Assembly (NCBI GenBank): GCA_040263275.1
Contig: JBDQKM010000002.1
Coordinates: forward strand, 1-48,934
Direction: 5' to 3'
From: Acidimicrobiales bacterium
GTDB taxonomy: Bacteria; Actinomycetota; Acidimicrobiia; Acidimicrobiales; Aldehydirespiratoraceae
DNA length: 48,934 bases
Part shown: in pieces, positions 29,437 through 38,180 of the stretch
Numbering within the stretch: the first letter of the stretch is position 1
Layout: each line of letters opens with the position of its first letter
Program-made: the position numbers and the translations under genes
The notes under the pieces: generated by a model
Told to the model about the DNA's origin: nothing
Databases searched by the model: none
What the model saw: only the letters and a program-made list of their open reading frames with translations

Positions 29437-30633
29437 TCAGGTCGGGATGTCCTTCCAAGCCACGTCCTTGTCGACCCGCGGCTCACCGGGAAGCCCGAGC
29501 ACGCGCTCGCCCAGGATGTTGCGCATGATGTCGGAGGTGCCGCCCTCGATCGTGTTGGCCTGACTGCGCAGGAACGACTTGGAGAGGGACTGGGCCCCGC
29601 GGCTCAGGCCTTCCTCGCGGGTGAGCGAGTAGCCGGGCTCGTGCATCATCCCGTCGGCGCCGAGCAGGTCCATGCACGCGATCCAGATCCGCTGGTTCAA
29701 CTCGGCGCTCGCGAGCTTGCCGACCGAGCCCTCGGGACCGGGATTGCCCACTGTTGCGTTGCTGCGGGCCCGCAGCGTCGTCAGGCGACCGACCTCGGCC
29801 TCGATCCAGAGTTGACTCACACGATCGCGCATGATCGCCCGCTCGGCGACCGGGAGTTCCGGGCCCCGCTTGTTCCACAGATCGACCAACGTGCCGATGT
29901 TGCCCGACCCGCGCGGCGCCGTGCTGCCCCCGAGCGCCACGCGCTCGTTCATCAGGGTGGTGGTCGCCACTCGCCAGCCGTCGCCCACGTCGCCGAGCAG
30001 ATCGGAGTGGGGGATGCGCACATCGGTGAAGAAGACCTCGTTGAACTCGGCCTCGCCGGTGATCTGGTAGAGCGGCCGGATCTCGACCCCGGGGGCCTGC
30101 ATGTCGAGGATGAAGTAGGAGAGGCCCTTGTGCTTGGGCTGGTCGGGGTCGGTGCGCACGAGGAGCATGCCGTAGCGCGAGATGTGGGCCACGCTCGTCC
30201 ACACCTTCTGCCCGTTGACGACCCACTCGTCGCCGTCACGGACGGCCCGGCTCGAGAGGCCCGCCACATCGGAGCCGTGGCTCGGCTCCGAGAACATCTG
30301 ACACCACCAGTCCTCGCCGGTGAAGATCCGCTTCAGGTACTTGTCGTGGTGTTCGTCCGACCCGTAGGTCAGCACCGTCGGCAGGCCCATGCCGATCCCG
30401 ATCGTGTTGGTGGCCAGCGGGTGGAAGAACCGTCCGGCGGCCCGAATCGTCTCCTCGACCGCGCCCTGCAGTTTCGGCGACACGCCGAGGCCGCCCTTGC
30501 CCTCGGGGAACTGCACCATCGCCAGGCCGGCATCCCACAGGGCGCTGCGGAACGCCACCTCGTCGGCATCGACCCCGACCTCGTCGATGACCGCCTGTGT
30601 GCGGACCCTGATGTCGTCTTCTGTGAGCGTCAT
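29437..30633 (-). CDS. Acyl-CoA dehydrogenase
   Basis: WWCQMFSEPSHGSDVAGLSSRA..DGDEWVVNGQKVWTS and the C-terminal TIEGGTSDIMRNILGERVLGLP. Confidence 0.9.
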   Translation of the reverse strand: MTLTEDDIRVRTQAVIDEVGVDADEVAFRSALWDAGLAMVQFPEGKGGLGVSPKLQGAVEETIRAAGRFFHPLATNTIGIGMGLPTVLTYGSDEHHDKYLKRIFTGEDWWCQMFSEPSHGSDVAGLSSRAVRDGDEWVVNGQKVWTSVAHISRYGMLLVRTDPDQPKHKGLSYFILDMQAPGVEIRPLYQITGEAEFNEVFFTDVRIPHSDLLGDVGDGWRVATTTLMNERVALGGSTAPRGSGNIGTLVDLWNKRGPELPVAERAIMRDRVSQLWIEAEVGRLTTLRARSNATVGNPGPEGSVGKLASAELNQRIWIACMDLLGADGMMHEPGYSLTREEGLSRGAQSLSKSFLRSQANTIEGGTSDIMRNILGERVLGLPGEPRVDKDVAWKDIPT

Positions 30634-30651
30634 GGCCGCGGACGCTACCGG

Positions 30652-30897
30652 CTACTCCCTGGGGTCGTCGATCTCGACGCGGGCGAGGGCCGGCAGGTCG
30701 GTCTTCATCATGTCGAGCGCGACGGTCTCGAGGAAGGCGCGAGGCATGACGCACTCCGCGCACTCGGCGGTGTCGAGGACCAGCCGCAGGGCGACGCCAT
30801 CACCGCTGGTCGCGCTGACCATGATGTCGCCGCCGTCGGCCGCGACGAGTTCGCGCACCGCCGCGAGCGCGGATTCGGCTTCAGTCATGGTGATCAT
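30652..30897 (-). CDS. Small NifU/Nfu C-terminal-domain-like protein
   Basis: Real part of ORF 30652..31005, from ATG 30897, which overlaps the upstream stop (ATGA). AAVRELVAADGGDIMVSATSGDGVALRLVLDTAECAECVMPRAFLE resembles the Nfu fold with a CxxC pair. Confidence 0.55.
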   Translation of the reverse strand: MITMTEAESALAAVRELVAADGGDIMVSATSGDGVALRLVLDTAECAECVMPRAFLETVALDMMKTDLPALARVEIDDPRE

Positions 30898-31724
30898 CGG
30901 GCGTTCGCTCCTTCGAGGTCGTTCGTGAGTCCTTCGTCGTTCGCCGGCCGACTCCTCGACAGGAACGCACCGGCGTCGGCCAGGATGAACTGGCCGGTGA
31001 TGCAACGAGCCAGGTCGCTGGTGAGGAAGGTGGCGAGTCGGGCGAGCTCGTCGTGCTCGACGCCACGGCGCAGCGGCGTCGACTGCGCGATCTGCTCCAC
31101 CCGTTCGGGGGTGAAGGCCGCGGCGACGGTCTCCGTCATCGTCGTTCCCGGGGCCATGGCGTTGACACGGATGCCGCTCGGGCCGAGTTCGACGGCCATC
31201 GACGTGACGAGATGGTTCACCGCGGCCTTCGCCGCGGCGTAGATCGAGTTGTAGGGCGACGGCCGCGTCGTCTCACCCGACGTGACGAAGAGGATGACGC
31301 CGCCGCCGGCAGCCGCCATGACCTCGGCCTCGGCCCGGCCGCAGAGGGCCGCCAGGGTGAGGTTCTGATCGACGATGTCGCGCCAGTCCTCACCCCGGTA
31401 CCGCACGAAGGGTTTCGGGGACCGACCCGGCGGGATCATCCCGATGTTGTTGACGGCGATGTCGAGGCTGCCGAGACGTTGGACCGTGGTCGCCACCATG
31501 GCATCGACCGCGTCGTCGTCGCGGCAGTCGGCCACCACCGGCACCGCCCGACCGCCTTCGGCTTCGATCTCGGCCACGACCGCCGCGGCGTTCTCGGCCC
31601 GGAGATCGTTGACCGCCACCGCGGCGCCCGCCCGAGCGAGCCATCGTGCGACTTCCCGACCGATACCGGCGCCGGCCCCGGTCACCAGGGCCACGCGACC
31701 GTCATGGTCGATCGTGATGCTCAT
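30894..31724 (-). CDS. SDR family oxidoreductase
   Basis: ATG 31724 with GGGAGGA upstream. VALVTGAGAGIGREVA, NNIG, and YAAAKAAV (YxxxK). Confidence 0.85.
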   Translation of the reverse strand: MSITIDHDGRVALVTGAGAGIGREVARWLARAGAAVAVNDLRAENAAAVVAEIEAEGGRAVPVVADCRDDDAVDAMVATTVQRLGSLDIAVNNIGMIPPGRSPKPFVRYRGEDWRDIVDQNLTLAALCGRAEAEVMAAAGGGVILFVTSGETTRPSPYNSIYAAAKAAVNHLVTSMAVELGPSGIRVNAMAPGTTMTETVAAAFTPERVEQIAQSTPLRRGVEHDELARLATFLTSDLARCITGQFILADAGAFLSRSRPANDEGLTNDLEGANAR

Positions 31725-31725
31725 C

Positions 31726-32247
31726 TCACTGTCCTCCCGTGAGGAGACGCAGGGCCTCCTCGACCGCGCCGTCGGCCCACGCCTCGACGACCGAGGTGTC
31801 GGTGCCACCCAGGGGATGTTCGACCTGCACGATGCGCGCGTCGGGCTGCCCCAGTGAGGCCGCGACCTGGTCGGTCAGGGTCCTGAACTTGGTGGTGGTC
31901 ACCACCACCGTGGGGATCCCGGCGGCTTCGAGTTGTACGGAGTCGTGGACACTCCACGACGTGCAGCTGCCTCAATCGGCCGAGCCGGTCAGGACCAGCT
32001 CGACCTCCTCGCGTAGTCGTGACATCACGTCGTCGGGCGCCGCCAGGGCTGCGTTCTTGGTCTCGACCCGCGTGACGGTCGCCCCGGTCCGCTCGGCCAG
32101 TCGCTCCGCCATCCGGCCGAGCAGCACGCCGGCGTTCGGCTTGGTGTTGTCGAGGATGCCGATTCGTCGGCCGGCCAGGACGGAAGGGCTCGGGGCCAGA
32201 TGGACCGGCTCGGGGCCGATCTCACCCGCCGGGGTGTAGATCCTCAT
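31726..32247 (-). CDS. Candidate selenoprotein with a U-G-S-C motif (in-frame TGA at 31972..31974 read as Sec); 173 aa
   Basis: ORFs 31972..32247 and 31726..31908 are in the same frame, separated by one TGA and 21 sense codons. Read-through gives ..VELVLTGSAD-U-GSCTSWSVHDSVQLEAAGIPTVVVTTT... A SECIS-like hairpin lies 11 nt downstream. AGGAG SD precedes ATG 32247, and the gene is tightly coupled to its neighbours. Confidence 0.7.
31942..31960 (-). promoter_or_regulatory. SECIS-like hairpin downstream of the UGSC TGA
   Basis: The mRNA sense is GUCGUGG-AGUGU-CCACGAC, a perfect 7-bp stem starting 11 nt after the UGA. The apical-loop G-U falls at nt 23-24 counted from the U of UGA. Confidence 0.6.
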
Positions 32248-32271
32248 GCGTTTGCTCCTGTCATTCCGGTC

Positions 32272-33318
32272 TCAGTTCGCCTCGACGGCGACGGTCACGC
32301 TCTTCGTCATGCCCCAACTCGGGATCACGCTGCTGTGCTTGCCGGGGCCACCGACCACCAACACCTTGATGTGGTCGGGGTGGGCCGTCATGGGCATCAG
32401 TTCGTCGTCGGCCAGCGTCTGCTGCCACGGCTCCCACGCCCGCAGGTCGAAGGCGCGACGGAGCTCCCCGGCGGGCAACCGGGCGCGTTGATGCAGGTAG
32501 GACGCAACGTGACGACGCGTCCACCCGGCGGAGGCACACGCCGCAGCATGTTCTGGGCAGAGCGTCACGAAGTACTCGCCCTGGCTGATCGGGGCGTTGT
32601 TCTGTCCGGTCGAGCTCATGGCCGACGCGATCTTGTCGAGGATCGCCTCGGGCGTCGAGGATTCCATGTCGTGCGCATTGTGTGGCGCCTCGCCACAGTG
32701 GACGCTGACCGCCGACGGCGCTTCGACGCCGGCGTCGGCCGCATAGCTGCCCCACGGCGACTCGGCGAGGTTCTCGGCGACGCAATAGGTGTACTTCGCC
32801 GGTCCGCCCTGGGTGGCCACGTCGCCCGGACCGGGCACGGCGCCGGCAATGTGCATCAGGATGAGGCGGAGGGCCCGCCCTGTTGCCGCGTTGGCCCGGT
32901 TGCCGGGCCCGAACGCGCCGATCCCGCCGTTGAAGCCACCCTCCTCGGCCACCCGACCGTGAACGACCAGGAGCGGGGCGACGGGATGGGTCGTGGCGTT
33001 GACCCCACGGAGATTCACCTCGGGCCGGGCCAGTGCCCGCACCGCGGCCACCAGCACCGGCTGATGCGCTGGGGTGCACCCGGCGAGGACGGCGTTGACG
33101 GCGATCATCCGGCGTGTGGCGAGTCCGGATCGCGGCGGCAACACGGCGATCACCTCGTCGGGGTCGTGTTCCCCGGAGCCGAGCATCTCGGCCACTCGCT
33201 CCTCGGTCGGGGGGATCATCGGCAGACCGTCGCCCCACCCGAACGACGCGTAGAGCTCGAGGAGACGGACCGGGTCGTCGTGATCGAGTTCGAGGAAGGT
33301 CGCGCTGTCTGTTGCCAT
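32272..33318 (-). CDS. Conserved hypothetical protein (348 aa), first gene of the UGSC operon
   Basis: Real part of ORF 32272..34044, from ATG 33318 (MATDSATFLELDHDD..). It has normal coding bias, with blocks such as FGWGDGLPMIPPT, AVNAVLAGC, GVNATTHPVAPL and GPGNRANAATGRALRL. I could not assign a family. Confidence 0.6.
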   Translation of the reverse strand: MATDSATFLELDHDDPVRLLELYASFGWGDGLPMIPPTEERVAEMLGSGEHDPDEVIAVLPPRSGLATRRMIAVNAVLAGCTPAHQPVLVAAVRALARPEVNLRGVNATTHPVAPLLVVHGRVAEEGGFNGGIGAFGPGNRANAATGRALRLILMHIAGAVPGPGDVATQGGPAKYTYCVAENLAESPWGSYAADAGVEAPSAVSVHCGEAPHNAHDMESSTPEAILDKIASAMSSTGQNNAPISQGEYFVTLCPEHAAACASAGWTRRHVASYLHQRARLPAGELRRAFDLRAWEPWQQTLADDELMPMTAHPDHIKVLVVGGPGKHSSVIPSWGMTKSVTVAVEAN

Positions 33319-33332
33319 CAGACACCAGTCTG
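33319..33332. promoter_or_regulatory. Palindrome in the 51-nt divergent region between the UGSC operon and a TetR gene (operator candidate)
   Basis: CAGAC-ACCA-GTCTG directly abuts the ATG at 33318. Confidence 0.3.
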
Positions 33333-33369
33333 ATACCGTTCGACAGGAAACGCAAGCGAAGGAGCGTCG

Positions 33370-33936
33370 ATGGCCGCTCGTGCCGGGATCCGACGAGATG
33401 ACGTGATCGCCGAGGCGATACTGATGATCGACGAGGGCACCCGCCCCGCCGACCTGAGTCTCGGGGCCCTCGCCCGGCGACTGGGGATCCGGCCCCAGTC
33501 GCTCTACGCCCACGTCAACGGGACCGAAGGCCTGGGTCGTGCCGTGGCCGTTGCCGGCCTCGGCGCCCTCGCCGCAGCCGTCACCGCCGCCGGCATCGGC
33601 GTCAGCGGCACCGATGCGGTCGCGGCGATCGTGCGGGCCCACCTCGACTTCGCGTCGCGTCGGCCGGGCCTCTACGAGGCTGCGATCCGACCCCCGGGGG
33701 ACGACCCCGAACTCCTCGCAGCCGTCGAGGCCGTGTCGGCGCCGCTCGAGCAGGTCCTCACGGGGATGGGCATGGGTGGCGACGACCGGGTCCACTGGAC
33801 CCGGCTGTTTCTGTCGTCGGTCTACGGCTACGCCGCGTTGGGCAACGCCGGCCGATTCGCCCTGCCGGTGTCGACCGACGACACCGAAGCCGCGCTGATC
33901 GAAATGCTGACGCGCCGGCTGGTGGTCAGCGCTTGA
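33370..33936 (+). CDS. TetR family transcriptional regulator
   Basis: GAAGGAG SD upstream. HTH region RDDVIAEAILMIDEGTRPADLSLGALARRLGIRPQSLYAHVNGTEGL. Confidence 0.8.
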   Translation: MAARAGIRRDDVIAEAILMIDEGTRPADLSLGALARRLGIRPQSLYAHVNGTEGLGRAVAVAGLGALAAAVTAAGIGVSGTDAVAAIVRAHLDFASRRPGLYEAAIRPPGDDPELLAAVEAVSAPLEQVLTGMGMGGDDRVHWTRLFLSSVYGYAALGNAGRFALPVSTDDTEAALIEMLTRRLVVSA

Positions 33937-34528
33937 GCAGACGCCAGGCCGCGGGCAGCAGTGAGCCCGCCAGCAGGGCCTTGAGAAGATCGCCGACCAC
34001 GAACGGCGCAACGCCGTAGGCGATCGCACTTGCCTCGTCGACACCGGCGGTCACCGGGATGCCGAGGTCGTAGGCCAGCCAACCGGCGCCGAGCGTGTAG
34101 ATGATCACGCTGCCGGCGAGGAACGCGGTGATCGAGGTGGAGAGCTGACGGTCCTGGCCGCGCTCGGCCAGCCAGCCGACCGCGTAGGCCGCCACGATGA
34201 ACCCGACGAGATACCCCGCCGTGGATCCGGTGGCGACCTCCCAGCCGCCCTCGCCGTCGGAGTAGAAGGGCAGGCCGATCGCACCCATGGCGACATAGAG
34301 CAGCTGCGACGAGGCACCGAGTTGCGACCCGAGCGTGCCGCCGGCGAGGAGCACTGCGAACGTCTGGCCCGTGATGGGGACGGGCGTGAAGCCGAGCGTG
34401 AAGGACACCTGCGCGGCGCCGGCAGTGAGGAGGGCGAACCCAACCACGGCCACGATGTCGCGGACGACCGATCGAGGGATCGTGTCGATGAGGGTGGTCC
34501 GGGCGGGAATGGCCCCGATTGCAGTCAC
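33926..34528 (-). CDS. bioY: Biotin transporter BioY
   Basis: PITGQTFAVLLAGGTLG..LLYVAMGAIGLPFYSDG..GGWEV..GSTAGYLVGFIVAAYAVGWL is the BioY signature. GGAGG SD precedes the GTG at 34528. Confidence 0.85.
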   Translation of the reverse strand: MTAIGAIPARTTLIDTIPRSVVRDIVAVVGFALLTAGAAQVSFTLGFTPVPITGQTFAVLLAGGTLGSQLGASSQLLYVAMGAIGLPFYSDGEGGWEVATGSTAGYLVGFIVAAYAVGWLAERGQDRQLSTSITAFLAGSVIIYTLGAGWLAYDLGIPVTAGVDEASAIAYGVAPFVVGDLLKALLAGSLLPAAWRLLKR

Positions 34529-34608
34529 TGGTCAGCCTCCGAATGGCGGGCGCGGGATCGAACGGCGCCACCCTAGCCAGGTCGGCCCGAGGTGACGAAG
34601 CCGACGGT

Positions 34609-36414
34609 TCAGTCGAGTTGCAGCCCGGCGAGCCCGCCGGCGCCCCGCCACTCGTCGAGAAGGGCGAAGAACTTCATGTTGCCCTTGCCGTAACTGCCGT
34701 TCTGCGCCGCTCGGGCCGTGGGCTGACCCTCGTTGTTGTAGTAGCCCGGCGTGCAGCTCTCCTGAAACGCCGCGGTGTCGCGGGCGCTCGCGATGATCTC
34801 GGCGACCCACGCGTCCTCGGCCTCCACCGTCGCCTCGACGCGTGTCGACCCCGATGCGTGCATCTCCGCGAGCACGTGGGCGATGTGGCTGCTGACCTCG
34901 TCGAGCATGTGGGGATAGTTCGCGGTGAACCCTCCCTGGGTCTGGCTGACGATGAAGCAGTTGGGAAACCCGTGGCTGAAGATCCCGTGGAGTGTGCGGA
35001 CCCCGTCCTCCCACTTGGCCGACAGCGTGACGCCGTCGACGCCGGTCAGGTCGCATCCCGACCGTCGGGTGTAGCTGGTCCCGACCTCGAAGCCGGTGGC
35101 GAAGATCAGGCAGTCGACCTCGTATTCGGTCCCCGCGACGACCACCCCGCGCTCGGTGATCTCGTCGACGCCCTTGCCGTCGGTGTCGACGAGATGCACG
35201 TTGGGACGGTTGAAGGTGTCGAGGTACTCGTCGTGGAAGCACGGCCGCTTGCAGAACTGGCGGTACCACGGCTTGAGCGCCTCGGCGGTGTCGACATCGC
35301 GTACGACCCGGTCGACCCGCTCGCGGATCTCGTTCATCTTGGCGAAGTCGGCGAGCTCCATGGTGCGGCCGAGGCTCGCGGCGGAGAAGTCGCTCTGGGT
35401 CTGCTTCGCGATCTCGATGAACTTCCCGATGATGCTCGTCCACCCGTCCATCACCAGGTCCCGGTCGGTGAAGCCGCCCGAGACGAGGGTGTTGAAGTTC
35501 TCCATCCGTTCGCGGTGCCAGCCGGGAGACAACGAGGCCACCCATTCCGGGTCGGTGGGGGCATTCTCCCGCACGTCGATCGACGACGGGGTCCGCTGGA
35601 ACACATGCAGCGACTCGGCGGCGGCGCCGACGTGTGGCACACACTGCACCGCAGTGGCGCCTGTGCCGATGATCCCGACCCGCTTGCCGGCGAGTCCGGT
35701 GAGGTTCCCGTCGGGGTCACCGCCCGTGTAGTCGTAGTCCCACCGGCTCGTGTGGAACGAGTGGCCGGCGTAGCGGTCGATTCCCTCGATGCCCGGGAGC
35801 TTCGGTCGGTGGAGCGGCCCGCTCGACATGATCACGAATCGGGCCCGGATGGCATCGCCGCGATTGGTGCGGACCGTCCAACGCCGGGCCGGCTCGTCCC
35901 ATTCGGCCGAGGTCACCTCGGTCTGGAACAGGGCGTTGTCGTAGAGGCCGTAGTGCTCGCCGATCGTGCGGCTGTGGGCGAGGATCTCCTTGGCCTTGGT
36001 GTACTTCTCCGCCGGCATGAAGCCGGTCTCCTCGAGCAGCGGCAGGTAGATGTAGGACTCGATGTCGCACATGGCGCCGGGGTAACGATTCCAGTACCAG
36101 GTACCGCCGAAGTCGCCGCCCTTCTCGATCACCCACACGTCGTCGATGCCGGCCTCGGCGAGTCGGGCTCCCGCCAGGAGGCCACCGAACCCGCCCCCAA
36201 CGACCACCACTTCGACCTCGTCGGCGAGCGGTGCCCGCTGGATCACCTCGTCGAGGTAGGGGTCCTCCACGTAGTAGGCGAAGTCTCCGGCGACCTCCAC
36301 GTACTGCTCGTTGCCGTCGTCGCGGAGCCGCTTGTCTCGCTCGATCCGGTATTTCTCGCGCAGGACGTCGGGATCGAAGCCGAGGTCGTCGGCCGGGAGG
36401 TCGGTCGTCGTCAT
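34609..36414 (-). CDS. Baeyer-Villiger monooxygenase (paralogue of 24661..26451)
   Basis: VGGGFGGL, GGDFGGTWYWNRYPGAMCD, the fingerprint YAGHSFHTSRWD, and IIGTGATAVQ. It is collinear with the 24661 product along its whole length. Confidence 0.9.
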   Translation of the reverse strand: MTTTDLPADDLGFDPDVLREKYRIERDKRLRDDGNEQYVEVAGDFAYYVEDPYLDEVIQRAPLADEVEVVVVGGGFGGLLAGARLAEAGIDDVWVIEKGGDFGGTWYWNRYPGAMCDIESYIYLPLLEETGFMPAEKYTKAKEILAHSRTIGEHYGLYDNALFQTEVTSAEWDEPARRWTVRTNRGDAIRARFVIMSSGPLHRPKLPGIEGIDRYAGHSFHTSRWDYDYTGGDPDGNLTGLAGKRVGIIGTGATAVQCVPHVGAAAESLHVFQRTPSSIDVRENAPTDPEWVASLSPGWHRERMENFNTLVSGGFTDRDLVMDGWTSIIGKFIEIAKQTQSDFSAASLGRTMELADFAKMNEIRERVDRVVRDVDTAEALKPWYRQFCKRPCFHDEYLDTFNRPNVHLVDTDGKGVDEITERGVVVAGTEYEVDCLIFATGFEVGTSYTRRSGCDLTGVDGVTLSAKWEDGVRTLHGIFSHGFPNCFIVSQTQGGFTANYPHMLDEVSSHIAHVLAEMHASGSTRVEATVEAEDAWVAEIIASARDTAAFQESCTPGYYNNEGQPTARAAQNGSYGKGNMKFFALLDEWRGAGGLAGLQLD

Positions 36415-36443
36415 GGCGGCGAGTCTCGCGCCGACGACGGCCC

Positions 36444-37640
36444 TCAGTCGAAGGGAAGGTCGAGGAGCTTGATCGCGTTGCCGCGGGCGATCTTGTAGAC
36501 CGCCTCGTCGTCGAGATGGCCGAACAGCTCGTGGGCGACCTCCTTCGAGCGAGGGAAGGTCCCGTCGCTGTGGGGGTAGTCCGTCTCGAACAGCACGTTG
36601 TCGACGCCGACCTCGTCGAGCAGCTTCATGCCAGCCGTGTCCTTGAAGAAGCAGCTGTAGATCTGGCGGCGGTAGTAGTACGACGGCGGCTCGGGGAGGC
36701 GTTCCTCACCCTGGGCCCAGCGGTGGGTCTTGTAGTTGTCGTCGGCCCGTTCGAGGTAATAGGGGATCCAGCCGATCTGGCTCTCGGCGTACATGAGCTT
36801 CAGGTCGGGGTGGCGAACGAGCACTCCGGAGAACAGGAAGTCGATCATCGAGGCCGCACTGTTGGCCGAGATCAAGGCCGCGGTCACGAGCGTCGGCGCG
36901 TCGTCCGACGGCTTGACGGTGCGGGTGCCCGACCCGATGTGCATGGTGATGACGGTGCCGGTCTCCTCGCAGGCCCTGAAGAACGGGTCCCAGTGGCCCG
37001 AGTGGATGGAGGGGAGACCGAGCCAGGCCGGAAGCTCCGAGAAGGCCACGGCCTTGACACCGCGGGCGGCGTTGCGGCGGATCTCCGCGGCCGCGAGCTC
37101 GGCATCCCAGAGCGGCACGAGGCAGAGGGGGAGGAGACGACCGCCGGAGTCACCGCACCATTCGTCGACCATCCAGTCGTTGTAGGCCTCCACACACAGC
37201 TTGGAGAGCTCCATGTCGTTGCGCTCGGCGAAGAGCTGACCACAGAACCGCGGGTAGTTCGGGAAGCACAGCGACGCCTCGACATGATTGGCGTCCATGT
37301 CGGCCAGGCGGGCCTTGGGGTCGTAGCAGCCGGGCCGGATGTCGTCGTAGGTGACACCCTGCATCGTCACCTCTTCGGGCGGCGTGCCGGCGCAGGCGAT
37401 CATCTCCTTGATCTGGTAGCGGTGGTCCTCGTAGTGCCACCAGGCCGCCATCTTGTCGCCGTTGCCCGGAGTCTCGACCCAGGCACCGTCGACCAACGCC
37501 ATGTCTCCCTGCGGAGCGATGACGATCCGGGGACCCACGTCCTTGTACTTCTCGGGCAGCCGGTCCTGCCACAGATGGGCGGGCTCGACGACATGGTCGT
37601 CGACGCTGATGATCTTCGGGAAGTCGGCCAGTTCCGTCAT
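36444..37640 (-). CDS. Amidohydrolase-2 family protein (ACMSD/LigW-like metal-dependent hydrolase or decarboxylase)
   Basis: ISVDDHVVEPAHLWQDRLP..., ITMHIGSG, and FETDYPHSDG (a metal-binding Asp/His pattern). Confidence 0.75.
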   Translation of the reverse strand: MTELADFPKIISVDDHVVEPAHLWQDRLPEKYKDVGPRIVIAPQGDMALVDGAWVETPGNGDKMAAWWHYEDHRYQIKEMIACAGTPPEEVTMQGVTYDDIRPGCYDPKARLADMDANHVEASLCFPNYPRFCGQLFAERNDMELSKLCVEAYNDWMVDEWCGDSGGRLLPLCLVPLWDAELAAAEIRRNAARGVKAVAFSELPAWLGLPSIHSGHWDPFFRACEETGTVITMHIGSGTRTVKPSDDAPTLVTAALISANSAASMIDFLFSGVLVRHPDLKLMYAESQIGWIPYYLERADDNYKTHRWAQGEERLPEPPSYYYRRQIYSCFFKDTAGMKLLDEVGVDNVLFETDYPHSDGTFPRSKEVAHELFGHLDDEAVYKIARGNAIKLLDLPFD

Positions 37641-37664
37641 GCCACGACCATATCTGACGGTGTG

Positions 37665-38180
37665 TCAGGTTTCGGTGCCGAGCGAGAAAAGGAGGTGCTG
37701 CGAGAGGTCGCCGACCTGGCGTACGAACATGATCCGGGTGTCGAACCACCACTCCCCGTCGACCTTGTGGAACGTGTCCTCGTAGCGACCGGTGATGATC
37801 GGCTGCAGTGGAAGCTGAGTGGTGGCCTGCAACACGCAGTAATAGCTGCGGCAGGTGGCCCGGTCTCCGTCGACCTCGATGATGGCGTTGCTCGTCACGT
37901 GATGGGTCTTCGGCGTGCCGTCGTCGTCGTAGCGCCGGGTGGTGTTCTCGTACATCTTGCGGACACCCTCCCGACCCTCGAACACCGCATCGGGCGTGGG
38001 GTCCGGGGCGCCCCAGATCCGGCCATGGGTGAACAGGTCGGCGATGCCCTCGAAATCGCCGGCGTCGATGCGCTCGGCATAGGTGTAGAGCAGGTTCTCG
38101 ATGAGGCGGGCGTCGTCCATCGGGCCGAGGATACGCGCCTGCCGTAGTCTGGCGCGCATGTACTCCTTGGTGATCCGCAA
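37665..38180 (-). CDS. NTF2-like (SnoaL / ring-hydroxylating-dioxygenase beta-subunit-like) protein
   Basis: DDARLIENLLYTYAERIDAGDFEGIADLF..YYCVLQ... The start is more probably the ATG at 38120 (MDDARLI), which removes the overlap with the divergent gene starting at 38158. Confidence 0.65.
   Translation of the reverse strand: MRITKEYMRARLRQARILGPMDDARLIENLLYTYAERIDAGDFEGIADLFTHGRIWGAPDPTPDAVFEGREGVRKMYENTTRRYDDDGTPKTHHVTSNAIIEVDGDRATCRSYYCVLQATTQLPLQPIITGRYEDTFHKVDGEWWFDTRIMFVRQVGDLSQHLLFSLGTET

Noticed and set aside
34529-34608. Biotin-responsive operator or riboswitch upstream of bioY
   Set aside because: The 80-nt spacer shows no convincing palindrome. The TGAAC at its end is simply the BVMO stop codon context. 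Nothing supports a call.
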